This document shows, piece after piece, positions 8,180 through 16,173 of a DNA stretch of 24,000 nucleotides. The first letter of the stretch is position 1; the number at the start of each line of letters is the position of its first letter. A model generated the notes under the pieces. It was not told the origin of the DNA. It made no database searches and saw nothing but the letters and a program-made list of their open reading frames with translations. The position numbers and the translations under genes were made by a program. Origin of the DNA: Lactobacillus helsingborgensis (GTDB lineage: Bacteria; Bacillota; Bacilli; Lactobacillales; Lactobacillaceae); contig NZ_KQ034055.1 of the NCBI RefSeq assembly GCF_000970855.1, positions 25,633 to 49,632 of the forward strand, given 5' to 3'.

Positions 8180-8440
8180 ATGACAAACAATATAATTATA
8201 TTGTTAACTTCTACTGCTTTTGGAATACTTATATCAATGTTTATTGGTTTATACCAATGGCATGTTAAAACTAAACTGGAAAGTTACGAAAAGGAGAGGG
8301 AACGCTTATATGGTGATATAAAATTCTATCACCAAAAATATCAAGAAGATGAAGATGAAATAGACCTATTAAAAAATGAAATAAGAGAATTAAAAATGTC
8401 TCATGGTAACGAAGAAGAAGGAAGATGGAAAAATGATTAA
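8180..8440 (+). CDS. Small bitopic protein: N-terminal TM helix plus acidic coiled-coil tail, unknown function
   Basis: Start at ATG 8180, with the purine-rich stretch GAAGGGGAAGTGAG upstream. The TM helix is IIILLTSTAFGILISMFIGLY. The tail, ESYEKERERLYGDIKFYHQKYQEDEDEIDLLKNEIRELK, is charged and heptad-like. The stop overlaps the next start (ATGATTAA). Confidence 0.5.
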   Translation: MTNNIIILLTSTAFGILISMFIGLYQWHVKTKLESYEKERERLYGDIKFYHQKYQEDEDEIDLLKNEIRELKMSHGNEEEGRWKND

Positions 8441-8738
8441 TTTCAAAAATCTACTAGATATAATAGGCATATTAATAGTTGTATTGGCTTTTTTATTTGT
8501 AGGAATTTATCCTTATATCCAAATTCATAACAGAAATTTGGCTGATAAATTAAAAGTTTGGTATATTATTGCTAAAGAAATAGTTAAGGATGAATCTAGC
8601 AAAAACAAAACAGGAGCAGAAAAAAAAGCTTCTGCCACAAAAAAGTTAGTTAAACATGCAGCAAATTTGAAAGTACCTGTTAACAAAGATTTTGCGAATG
8701 ATTTGATTCAGCATGTTTATAATGAAACAAAAAAATAA
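8433..8738 (+). CDS. Phage holin-like protein, LL-H family type
   Basis: Start at ATG 8433 (SD GAAGGAAG; translationally coupled to the upstream ORF). There is one N-terminal TM helix (LLDIIGILIVVLAFLFVGIY). The helical tail carries ..KTGAEKKASATKKLVKHAANLKVPVNKDFANDLIQHVY.., which I recognise from Lactobacillus LL-H-type holins. No endolysin gene follows. Confidence 0.55.
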   Translation: MINFKNLLDIIGILIVVLAFLFVGIYPYIQIHNRNLADKLKVWYIIAKEIVKDESSKNKTGAEKKASATKKLVKHAANLKVPVNKDFANDLIQHVYNETKK

Positions 8739-8842
8739 AAGCTATTAAATTTAGCTTTGTAAATGTTGAAATGATAAAAAGCAAAAAATTACATGTTTAT
8801 TCAAGTTAGAAATATGGACAATAATTAATGTTTTAAAGCTAA

Positions 8843-9667
8843 TTATAAAGAGTCTTTTATCTCTCGGCTTAAACTTTTAGCTAATGCATCTGCACCAATC
8901 TTATGTAGTAAGTTAATTTGGTCTAGTGCTTCTTTCCTATTATTTTGACAAATTGCCAATCTAGCATTAACTACAAGCAACTTATCGTATTGTTTCAAAT
9001 CTTTAAGAAGTGGCTTTAAGCTAGTTAGGGTAGTTATAGCCAATTTAAATTTATGCTTTGTTATTTCCATAATTGCTTGATTAATAAGTGTATCGGCTTT
9101 TAATGACCTCAAAAATGGGTAGTATTGATTTATATCTGAAATAATTTTTGAAATAATCTCCTTTGCTGTTTGATAATCAAACGCAAATAAGATTGAGTTC
9201 AAAATTGTAATGTCAGTGGCTGTAAGAACTTTGACATTTCTAAGTGAACTAAACCAAATCGGTTGAACGAGTTCTCGAGCTTTATTAAGGCCGTTAGGCT
9301 TATCCACCATCAATAAGGATCTAAGAATAATTGAAATATTTTTAATATCGTTATCGTTTTTCACTAGCAGACAGTCATTTAATAAATTATTGATTTTATT
9401 TTTATCAATGCTGCCAGCAAGGTTTAAAAAACGATGTAATAATTGACTCTTAGTACTAATATGATAGCCATTACAAATATATTCAAACTCATTCGGCGTT
9501 AATCCAAGACGTTTAATTAATTTGATTTCATTTTCATAAGTAGTGGAAAGTTCAGCATTTTCAATCTTAGAAATTTCACTACGGTCAAATAAATCTTTTG
9601 CTAATTCTTGTTGAGATATTTTTTGAGCTAATCTCATATTATGTATAGTTTTTCCAAAATTACTCAT
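8843..9667 (-). CDS. XRE-type HTH transcriptional regulator with a helical-repeat C-terminal domain (Rgg/RNPP-like)
   Basis: Start at ATG 9667 (MSNFGKTIHNMRLAQKISQQELAKDLFDRSEISKIENAE.. is an XRE HTH). The ~210-aa all-helical C-terminal region and the ~275-aa total length are typical of Rgg-type regulators. Confidence 0.7.
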   Translation of the reverse strand: MSNFGKTIHNMRLAQKISQQELAKDLFDRSEISKIENAELSTTYENEIKLIKRLGLTPNEFEYICNGYHISTKSQLLHRFLNLAGSIDKNKINNLLNDCLLVKNDNDIKNISIILRSLLMVDKPNGLNKARELVQPIWFSSLRNVKVLTATDITILNSILFAFDYQTAKEIISKIISDINQYYPFLRSLKADTLINQAIMEITKHKFKLAITTLTSLKPLLKDLKQYDKLLVVNARLAICQNNRKEALDQINLLHKIGADALAKSLSREIKDSL

Positions 9668-9705
9668 AGTTTCACTCTTTTGTAAAAAGAAAAGTCTTAA
9701 AATAA

Positions 9706-9722
9706 TGTGCAAAAATTGCACA
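9706..9722. promoter_or_regulatory. Perfect palindrome TGTGCAA-AAA-TTGCACA, candidate operator of the adjacent HTH regulator
   Basis: The arms are 7 bp and the site lies ~40 bp upstream of the regulator start, inside the divergent intergenic region. A second palindrome, GTGCGCAC, sharing the GTGC/GCAC halves sits at 9771-9778. Confidence 0.3.
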
Positions 9723-9885
9723 CAATTAATTGTAAACTAATGATATCCTAATGCTAGGAATAAATCAAATGTGCGCACTGGATTAATTCCTAGAAAAACA
9801 AAAATATATTTTCTAATTTATTTTTTAATAGAAAAGTTTGGGTTCTTTAAATCAAAAGGGCTGAAAAATATATGAGGTAAACAAA

Positions 9886-10524
9886 ATGAAAAAGTCAATT
9901 AATATTTTAACTGAAGTTGTTACTGCAGTAAGTATGGTTGCTCCATTTGCTATTTCAAATGTAAGCCAGACCTTTGCTGACACAGTAGAAACTTCACAAC
10001 CAAGTAAGAGTACTGTTCAAAATCAAGTTAATGGAGAACTTGGAACCACCGCAAATTTATCTCCAGAAACTGTAGATGTAGCTAAAAAATATATTAGTGT
10101 AAAAGATAACCAATATGTTTTGGACCCATCTATTAAAAATGTATTGAACCCACAGCAATATCAAGCATTACAGGATAAGGTTAGTGAATCTAATTCAAAT
10201 GTAAAACTGAGTAATGCTGTAATAGGTAAAGATCTATCTTATACTTCTACTCCGTTATTAAGAAGCTCTAATAGGCATTATACATGGAAGAGCTTTGCAT
10301 GGGGCACACGTTACTACTTTAGAAGTAATGCAGCAGTTTATGAAATGGATCATGACCTTGAAACTATGCAAGTAGTTGGTGGTGTTCTTTCACTAGGCTT
10401 ATTTTCTGCATATTATGCAAAAATTGAAAGTGATTTAAATTACATGAACAACACTCATCCTCACAATTATCTTTACATGGATATTAATCAATGGGTAGGA
10501 AATTATACCATTGGTGTTTTGTAA
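9886..10524 (+). CDS. Secreted protein of unknown function (candidate exported toxin/bacteriocin-like factor)
   Basis: The Sec signal peptide is MKKSINILTEVVTAVSMVAPFAISNVSQTFA|DT. SD GAGG lies 7-8 nt upstream. The C-terminal region is aromatic-rich (YTWKSFAWGTRYYFRS...NQWVGNYTIGVL). I recognise no family. Confidence 0.6.
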   Translation: MKKSINILTEVVTAVSMVAPFAISNVSQTFADTVETSQPSKSTVQNQVNGELGTTANLSPETVDVAKKYISVKDNQYVLDPSIKNVLNPQQYQALQDKVSESNSNVKLSNAVIGKDLSYTSTPLLRSSNRHYTWKSFAWGTRYYFRSNAAVYEMDHDLETMQVVGGVLSLGLFSAYYAKIESDLNYMNNTHPHNYLYMDINQWVGNYTIGVL

Positions 10525-10544
10525 TTATAGGTGAGGTTAATAAG

Positions 10545-10790
10545 ATGTTATGGATTATTTTTCTATTAGCTATATTATTTGCAGGTATGGAATATGGGGG
10601 ACATGTAATAAGTAAAATATTTGTTCCAGCAGCAATTGTAATTATTGCTGTACCACCGATCATATATTACTTGATATTCAAGAACTTTACGGCTTTAACT
10701 ACCGTAAGTATAACTCTGGGAATAGTTCAAGTGATTGTACTATTAGGTCTGTATTTTGTAATGAGAAAAATTGTTGTAAATAGTAAATAG
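10545..10790 (+). CDS. Small polytopic membrane protein (about 3 TM), immunity-protein-like
   Basis: Start at ATG 10545 with SD GGTGAGG, 20 nt after the previous stop. The 82-aa product is almost entirely hydrophobic (LWIIFLLAILFAG / VPAAIVIIAVPPIIYYLIF / ITLGIVQVIVLLGLYFV). It is followed by a terminator. Confidence 0.6.
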   Translation: MLWIIFLLAILFAGMEYGGHVISKIFVPAAIVIIAVPPIIYYLIFKNFTALTTVSITLGIVQVIVLLGLYFVMRKIVVNSK

Positions 10791-10807
10791 TTAATCATAT
10801 AAAGGAA

Positions 10808-10837
10808 AGTAGCACTAAATTAAGTGCTACTTTTTTA
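10808..10837 (+). terminator. Rho-independent terminator of the 9886-10790 operon
   Basis: Stem AGTAGCACT/AGTGCTACT (9 bp) with loop AAATTA, followed by TTTTTT. Confidence 0.7.
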
Positions 10838-10950
10838 TCTAAGCAGAAAGAGTTATATGAGTAAGGGCAAAAGTTGAGTTTACAAAATGTAGAAAAAAAT
10901 TAAACTGGTATAGAAGTTAAGAAATAATATAAAATTCAAGTAATAAGATG

Positions 10951-10991
10951 ACTCTTTAATTAAAGTAAAAACTTTAATTAAAGAGTTTTTT
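10951..10991 (+). terminator. Long perfect AT-rich hairpin with T-run (terminator-like, no obvious upstream gene)
   Basis: Stem ACTCTTTAATTAAAGT/ACTTTAATTAAAGAGT (16 bp) with loop AAAA, followed by TTTTT. Confidence 0.4.
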
Positions 10992-11286
10992 ATATATAAG
11001 GAAAATAATTATCTAAATCAAAAGAGTAGTGAATTGCTTTTAGGCCTAAGTTTATTTTAAATTAATTTTTTACCTATACAGAAGAGACAGATACTGGTCT
11101 ATAAGTCCCAGTGAATGATATTTACTGATTTATGACTTCTTTTTTTGCATGTTTTACTGGCTATAAAGCTAATTAATTTGTCTTTGTAGGCAAACAAATA
11201 AATAATTAAGGTCTATAATTGGTAAATTTATTAGATCAACAAACTTTCATATCAAATAAACTGAAACTTAAGTTCAAAATCTCAAA

Positions 11287-11334
11287 TCTCAAACTCTTTT
11301 ATTAAAACACTAATTTTAATAAAAGAGTTTGAGA
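11287..11334 (-). terminator. 21-bp perfect hairpin ~100 nt downstream of the first KAP-like gene (possible terminator / palindromic element)
   Basis: Stem TCTCAAACTCTTTTATTAAAA/TTTTAATAAAAGAGTTTGAGA with loop CACTAA. The T-tract is weak on both strands. The core ACTCTTT(A/T)ATTAAA resembles the 10951 hairpin. Confidence 0.35.
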
Positions 11335-11434
11335 CTTACCTATTAGAATTTTGCTTACTTTTTATTAATTACAAAGTGGTATAAAAACTATTGTTACTAG
11401 GAAATTAGACTATAGCTTTATCTTCTATATATTT

Positions 11435-13762
11435 TCACAATATTTTTTTTATGAATGATATCCAGTCGGGATCATTTTGAACTTGACTTAATAAATCTTG
11501 TAAGTGCATCAACTTATATGAATCCAATAATTGAGCTAACTTATTTAATATCACCTTTTGGGAAAAATTATTTCGCACATTGTATTGATGTGTAATAGCG
11601 GCAATTCTTAAGAAAAAGGCGAACCATTCACGAGAATTAAGCATTTTTTCAAGTTCAGAACCTTTATTTGACTTAAGTAAGTTACAAGCAGTTTGTTTAA
11701 TTTCTTTATATCTGTTATATACATAATCACCATATATTTTATTTTTGTATTCAAAATTGAGAATTCTTTCACCTTTTGCTCTTGTTCCAAGTCCAAGATA
11801 GCAATCCCAAAAAGCCACATATTCAAAATCTGCAAGTTGCTCTATTTTTTCAACCTTTTTTTCTATTGGTTGGATGTTTAGGTTGTCATATGCTTCGTCT
11901 GAAATATCTGGACTTGGTGATTTAAAACATAATTGAACGAGCAAAGCTTCTGCATCATATAGCTTTTTACCAAAATTTTTTTGATTTTCTATTTCATATG
12001 CTCTTTTAGAATAGTACCTAGTAAGTGAGTATCTATTAATATTGTTAAGCTGTATATCTGAAATAGATCTATCGGCATTGTTAAAACTGTGCGTAACAGT
12101 TCCATAAATTGGTAAACAGGCTCTGTAAATATAAAGTAGTTCTGTTAATAAGGCTTCGTTATTTGGTTTTTTAGCCATTTCAGTTATTGCTTTACTCATT
12201 TTAGAAAAAACGATCTTATTTCGCTCTAACGGTGATTTCATAGGATTTGTGTTAAACTCGGTTTTTTCAAGTTTAATTTCGTAATTAAGAAATATTTTTT
12301 TGATCAGCAAGTTGGGCTTATGCCGTGGCTCAGCATACATTGCAGAAATAGCAGCTATCAATAACTTATTCGAATAACTTTCATTGTTTATTGAAACAGA
12401 ATATAATGAAAGCTCATCAATAAGACTTGCTTTATCAGTATCATGGCCAAAAGCCAGTTGACGAATTTCTTTCGAGTTATTAATAATTTTATTTAATTCT
12501 CTAACTGAATGAGTATAAGTTAAATCATTAATAAAATAATTTACAGGTAAACTTACAAAAGGTTCAGGAAATGATATGTTATCACTATCTTCTTTAAAAA
12601 TATTGTTAACATATTGCTTTATTTCTTTTTGGGCTTGATCATCATTACTTGATATTTCAAATGCTTTTAAAGTTTCTATACTTTTCTTTTCCTGAATCTT
12701 TTGCCAATTATTAATTAAAATCTCATACATATTTCTATGGAATAAAAATAAGTAAATGATAAAAAGTTGTTGATTTACTTGTACTCTACCTATCTTTTCT
12801 TGTCTAAAGAATTCATTTTTTACATAAGATAAAAAATGATTTGCTTGACGTAACGTAAGGTTTTCAAGTTCGAAGAGCTTGAAAATTTCCATATCATCTA
12901 TTTCTTCTTTTAAGTTTTCAGAAATAATTAGCATTATTTCCTCTCCAAAAAATTCAGGCTTTAATATGATTGGTAGCGATACTGTTTGATCAATTATTTT
13001 TTCTAAATAATTATGTTTTACTTTGACTATGTTTTTCCAATCCCCTACGAATACTATTCTTGCTTTCCTATTTTCACTAAATTCAACAATTTTTTTACAT
13101 AGAAAAATTATCGGTCTAAATAATTTTTTTGGTTTTTTATCGTACCACTTAATAATCTTTTGAGGGTATTTTAGACCTTCTTCATGGATAGCATTAAAAA
13201 GCTTATAGAGTTCTTTTTGTGTAACTTCATCTAACCGATCAAAATCATCGATTATCAAAACTCTACTTTTTCTGTAAAATGGCCAACGTAATTTAAAAAG
13301 GCTCAAATTCATTAGAATAGTATCAACATTTATTAATTTGTTCTTAGATAAGTTAAACAAAGTAGTCACAATTACAGTAATTACAGTAACTAATAAAAAC
13401 CATGCGTCAAAATTAACATAATTAAAAATACCTATACCTGTTAGCCAAGCGCTACCAAATATCATCCAACCGACTAGTGCAGAAGTGAAAAGCCCTTTGA
13501 AGAAATTTAATATAGGATTGACCTTAGAAAATACTTGTTTTGCTAAGCTTTTTTCATTTTTAGGATGCCATAAACTTAAATAAATAAATTTTAGTGTATC
13601 CTTTGATAAAGTTTCTGTTTTTTGCAAATATCTAGTTTTTCCACTACCCCATTTGCCCTGTAAAAAATAAGTTTTATTACCGTTATTTACTAATAAATCG
13701 GCAAACTTTTTTGCCCAATCAGATGTATCAATCTCCTTGATTTTCCATTCGGTATCTTTCAT
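11435..13762 (-). CDS. KAP-family P-loop NTPase-like membrane protein, paralogue 1 (distal gene of pair)
   Basis: 775 aa. Walker A is FLQGKWGSGKT. Two hydrophobic helices follow (TSALVGWMIFGSAWLTGIGIF; AWFLLVTVITVIVTTLFNL), and only then Walker B VLIIDDFDRL. TM helices inserted inside the P-loop domain are the KAP hallmark. The helical C-terminal half (~430 aa) has no motif I recognise. SD AAAGGAG lies 7 nt before the ATG. Confidence 0.8.
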   Translation of the reverse strand: MKDTEWKIKEIDTSDWAKKFADLLVNNGNKTYFLQGKWGSGKTRYLQKTETLSKDTLKFIYLSLWHPKNEKSLAKQVFSKVNPILNFFKGLFTSALVGWMIFGSAWLTGIGIFNYVNFDAWFLLVTVITVIVTTLFNLSKNKLINVDTILMNLSLFKLRWPFYRKSRVLIIDDFDRLDEVTQKELYKLFNAIHEEGLKYPQKIIKWYDKKPKKLFRPIIFLCKKIVEFSENRKARIVFVGDWKNIVKVKHNYLEKIIDQTVSLPIILKPEFFGEEIMLIISENLKEEIDDMEIFKLFELENLTLRQANHFLSYVKNEFFRQEKIGRVQVNQQLFIIYLFLFHRNMYEILINNWQKIQEKKSIETLKAFEISSNDDQAQKEIKQYVNNIFKEDSDNISFPEPFVSLPVNYFINDLTYTHSVRELNKIINNSKEIRQLAFGHDTDKASLIDELSLYSVSINNESYSNKLLIAAISAMYAEPRHKPNLLIKKIFLNYEIKLEKTEFNTNPMKSPLERNKIVFSKMSKAITEMAKKPNNEALLTELLYIYRACLPIYGTVTHSFNNADRSISDIQLNNINRYSLTRYYSKRAYEIENQKNFGKKLYDAEALLVQLCFKSPSPDISDEAYDNLNIQPIEKKVEKIEQLADFEYVAFWDCYLGLGTRAKGERILNFEYKNKIYGDYVYNRYKEIKQTACNLLKSNKGSELEKMLNSREWFAFFLRIAAITHQYNVRNNFSQKVILNKLAQLLDSYKLMHLQDLLSQVQNDPDWISFIKKIL

Positions 13763-13838
13763 TTAATTTGCTCCTTTACTTCTAACCAAAGTAAAACCTT
13801 TTTTCAAAGAATTTTTAAAAAATATAGTGGCTTAGATT

Positions 13839-16130
13839 TTATTTAATCTTTTTTGTCCAATAAGGATCATTAGCCACATTGACCAGTAATTTTTGCATAA
13901 TTTCTTTTAGTCTTTCATTACTTATTGAATTTTTTCTGTGTTTAATTATAGCTTCAGCTTTAGTGCTTTTATACGAACTTAGCAACTGATTTATATGTAT
14001 AAATATTGTTTGCTGTGAAGAAATATTTTGTAAATCATATTGATGGGTAATGGCAGCAATTCTTAAGATGAAATGGAACCATTCTTTTGAATCAAATAAA
14101 TCAACAAGTTCTGAACTTTTATTCGATTGGATCAAGTTGCAAACAGCTTGTTTAATTTTTTTATATCGGTCATATACATAATCACCATATATCTCATTTT
14201 TGTATTCAAAATTGAGAATTCTTTCACCTTTTGCTCTTGTTCCAAGTCCAAGATAGCAATCCCAAAAAGCCACATATTCAAAATCTGCAAGTTGTTCTAT
14301 TTTTGCAACCTTTGTTTTTATTGGTGGAATCTTCAAACTGTAGTATGATACATCTAAAATATTTGAAGATGTCGGTTTAAAAAAACATAATTGGACAAGT
14401 AAAGCCTCAGCATCATATAGCTTTTTACCAAAATCTTTTTGATTTTCTATTTCATCTGCTTTTTTAGAGAAATACTTTGTAAGTGCATACTTACTGATTA
14501 AGCGATTATTTTTACTATTAAAAATACGAGTGACACTATAATCAGATTCGGGAGAACGAAAATTTAATAAGCAGGATCTGTAAATATAAAATTGCTCTGT
14601 TAGGGACATTTCGATATCCAAATTTTTTGTAATATTAGAAATTATTGTATGCATTTCGGAAAGAATATCCTTAATAGGTTTTGAATCCCTTTTATCATAA
14701 GAAGATTCCGGTAATGAATTTTCAATTCTTATTTCACAGTTCTCAAGTATTTTCATAACTAGTGAATTAGGCTCATGACGTGGCTCAGAATGCATTGCAA
14801 AAATTGCTGCCTTTGCTAGCTGAGGAATTATTTCCGCAATATAATCTTCCAAGTTTACAGAGCTTAAAAATTCAAAAATCTCTTGATATAAAGCTTGATC
14901 ACTATCTTTAGAATATGCTAGTGGCTTAATTATTTCATCATTTTGTATGGAAATAATTAGATTGTTGACAGTTGGAATATAAGATTTTTCGTTTAAAAAA
15001 TAAGCAACTTGATGTCTTTGAAACTCTGGTGGATATTTCACAGTATCAGCAAGGATTTTATTAATATATTGTTCTAATTCATCTTCATCATCCTGCTTAG
15101 TAGCAGTTTTAGTTAGATTATTAGAGTCCATACAGTAAGCAATAGTACTTAATTCTTTTTTATTTTTTTCTTTTTGCCAATCTTCATAAAGTTTTTGGTA
15201 TCTATCTTTATGAAAGAGATAAAGATAGATAATAAGTAGTTCTTGGTCGGTTTGTACTCTTCCTTTTTTCTTTTGTCTACAAAATTCGTCTTCAACATAC
15301 GATAGAAAATGATTAGCTTCACGTAGAGTCCTGTGTTCGTATATGAATAACTTTCCTATTTCAACTCTGCTCAAATCTTCATTTAAATTACTTGAAATTA
15401 TTTCTACAAGTCTATTACTAAAACTTTGAGGATTTAAAACAAACGGTAGGGCAATCACTTGGTCAATAATCTTGTCTAAAAAATTATTTTTATTGTCCTT
15501 TATATTGTTCAAATTACCCACAAAAATAATTCGACATGAGCTCCTACCTTGTTGAATAGCATTGAAAAGTCTATAAAGTTCCCCTTGCGTTTTTTGACTT
15601 AAACGATCAAAATCGTCAATAATTAGGACGTTAGGACAGATTTTGGGGTTTCCTTTCAACATTTTTATGCTTGATGACATAAGGATTTTATCTACATTTA
15701 TCACTTTGTTCTTTGTGAGACTGAATAAATTAATTACTACAGTTGCTATTATAGTTGTGATTGTAAATGCATAATTGGGTAAATTTATGGAAATAACTCC
15801 TTTTATAGCTAAAATAAGACTGCAAACTATTGTCAAGGCAACCAATGTATGACCTACTATTGTAGCTCTCTTAGCCAATTTTGGATGGGTTGCATCAAAA
15901 AGTTGCTTACTCAAGTTTTCGTTAAAGTTTGGCTTCCATAATTCTAAATAAATAAAATTTAAATTGTCTTTTGCTTTTTTTTCTACGTTTTTTAAATATT
16001 CTGTCTTTCCACTCCCCCACTTACCTTGTAAGAAAAAAGTCTTATTACTTTCGTCCCTAAGTAAATTTGCAAATTCTTCAGCATACATATCAGTTGAAAT
16101 AGTAGGGATACGCCATTTATTTTTTGTCAT
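13839..16130 (-). CDS. KAP-family P-loop NTPase-like membrane protein, paralogue 2 (promoter-proximal gene of pair)
   Basis: Start set at ATG 16130 (MTKNKWRIPTIS.., parallel to MKDTEWKIKEID.. of paralogue 1); the track start at 16145 is a GTG. Walker A is FLQGKWGSGKT. The helices are HTLVALTIVCSLILAIKGVI and AFTITTIIATVVINLFSL. Walker B is VLIIDDFDRL. It lacks the ~40-aa insert that paralogue 1 carries after NAIHEEG. Confidence 0.8.
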   Translation of the reverse strand: MTKNKWRIPTISTDMYAEEFANLLRDESNKTFFLQGKWGSGKTEYLKNVEKKAKDNLNFIYLELWKPNFNENLSKQLFDATHPKLAKRATIVGHTLVALTIVCSLILAIKGVISINLPNYAFTITTIIATVVINLFSLTKNKVINVDKILMSSSIKMLKGNPKICPNVLIIDDFDRLSQKTQGELYRLFNAIQQGRSSCRIIFVGNLNNIKDNKNNFLDKIIDQVIALPFVLNPQSFSNRLVEIISSNLNEDLSRVEIGKLFIYEHRTLREANHFLSYVEDEFCRQKKKGRVQTDQELLIIYLYLFHKDRYQKLYEDWQKEKNKKELSTIAYCMDSNNLTKTATKQDDEDELEQYINKILADTVKYPPEFQRHQVAYFLNEKSYIPTVNNLIISIQNDEIIKPLAYSKDSDQALYQEIFEFLSSVNLEDYIAEIIPQLAKAAIFAMHSEPRHEPNSLVMKILENCEIRIENSLPESSYDKRDSKPIKDILSEMHTIISNITKNLDIEMSLTEQFYIYRSCLLNFRSPESDYSVTRIFNSKNNRLISKYALTKYFSKKADEIENQKDFGKKLYDAEALLVQLCFFKPTSSNILDVSYYSLKIPPIKTKVAKIEQLADFEYVAFWDCYLGLGTRAKGERILNFEYKNEIYGDYVYDRYKKIKQAVCNLIQSNKSSELVDLFDSKEWFHFILRIAAITHQYDLQNISSQQTIFIHINQLLSSYKSTKAEAIIKHRKNSISNERLKEIMQKLLVNVANDPYWTKKIK

Positions 16131-16173
16131 TTTTCCCTTTAACACCTTATACTAACCATATAATATAACCTAA

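Noticed and set aside
8180-8738. Interpreting the holin-like pair as part of an intact prophage lysis cassette.
   Set aside because: No endolysin, tail, capsid or terminase genes occur anywhere in the window, and the next gene is an oppositely oriented regulator. The pair is treated as orphan or domesticated.
9705-9785. Mini-ORFs in the regulator intergenic region (MCKNCTQLIVN at 9705-9740; MLGINQMCALD from 9751) as possible Rgg/RNPP pheromone precursors.
   Set aside because: Neither has an SD. Both overlap the palindromes, which are better explained as operators, and they are shorter and less hydrophobic than known SHP/XIP-type precursors. They are worth a ribosome-profiling look but are not reportable as genes.
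11741-14294. The idea that the identical 99-bp tracts are an invertible (shufflon-like) switch driven by the nearby short recombinase.
   Set aside because: The two tracts are in direct, not inverted, orientation, so recombination would delete rather than invert. They also show no resemblance to the TAGTGTTATTTT repeats next to the recombinase gene.
11693-14348. Near-identical plus-strand ORFs (11693-11881 and 14127-14348, ..FNFFISVIYIITIY.IFVFKIENSFTFCSCSKSKIAIPKSHIFKICKL..) that could be read as a conserved antisense gene.
   Set aside because: Their conservation is simply the mirror image of the 99-bp identical tract in the two KAP-like genes. The peptides are low-complexity, have no SD and differ in length. 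The sense-strand proteins explain the sequence. An antisense RNA is not excluded but is unsupported.
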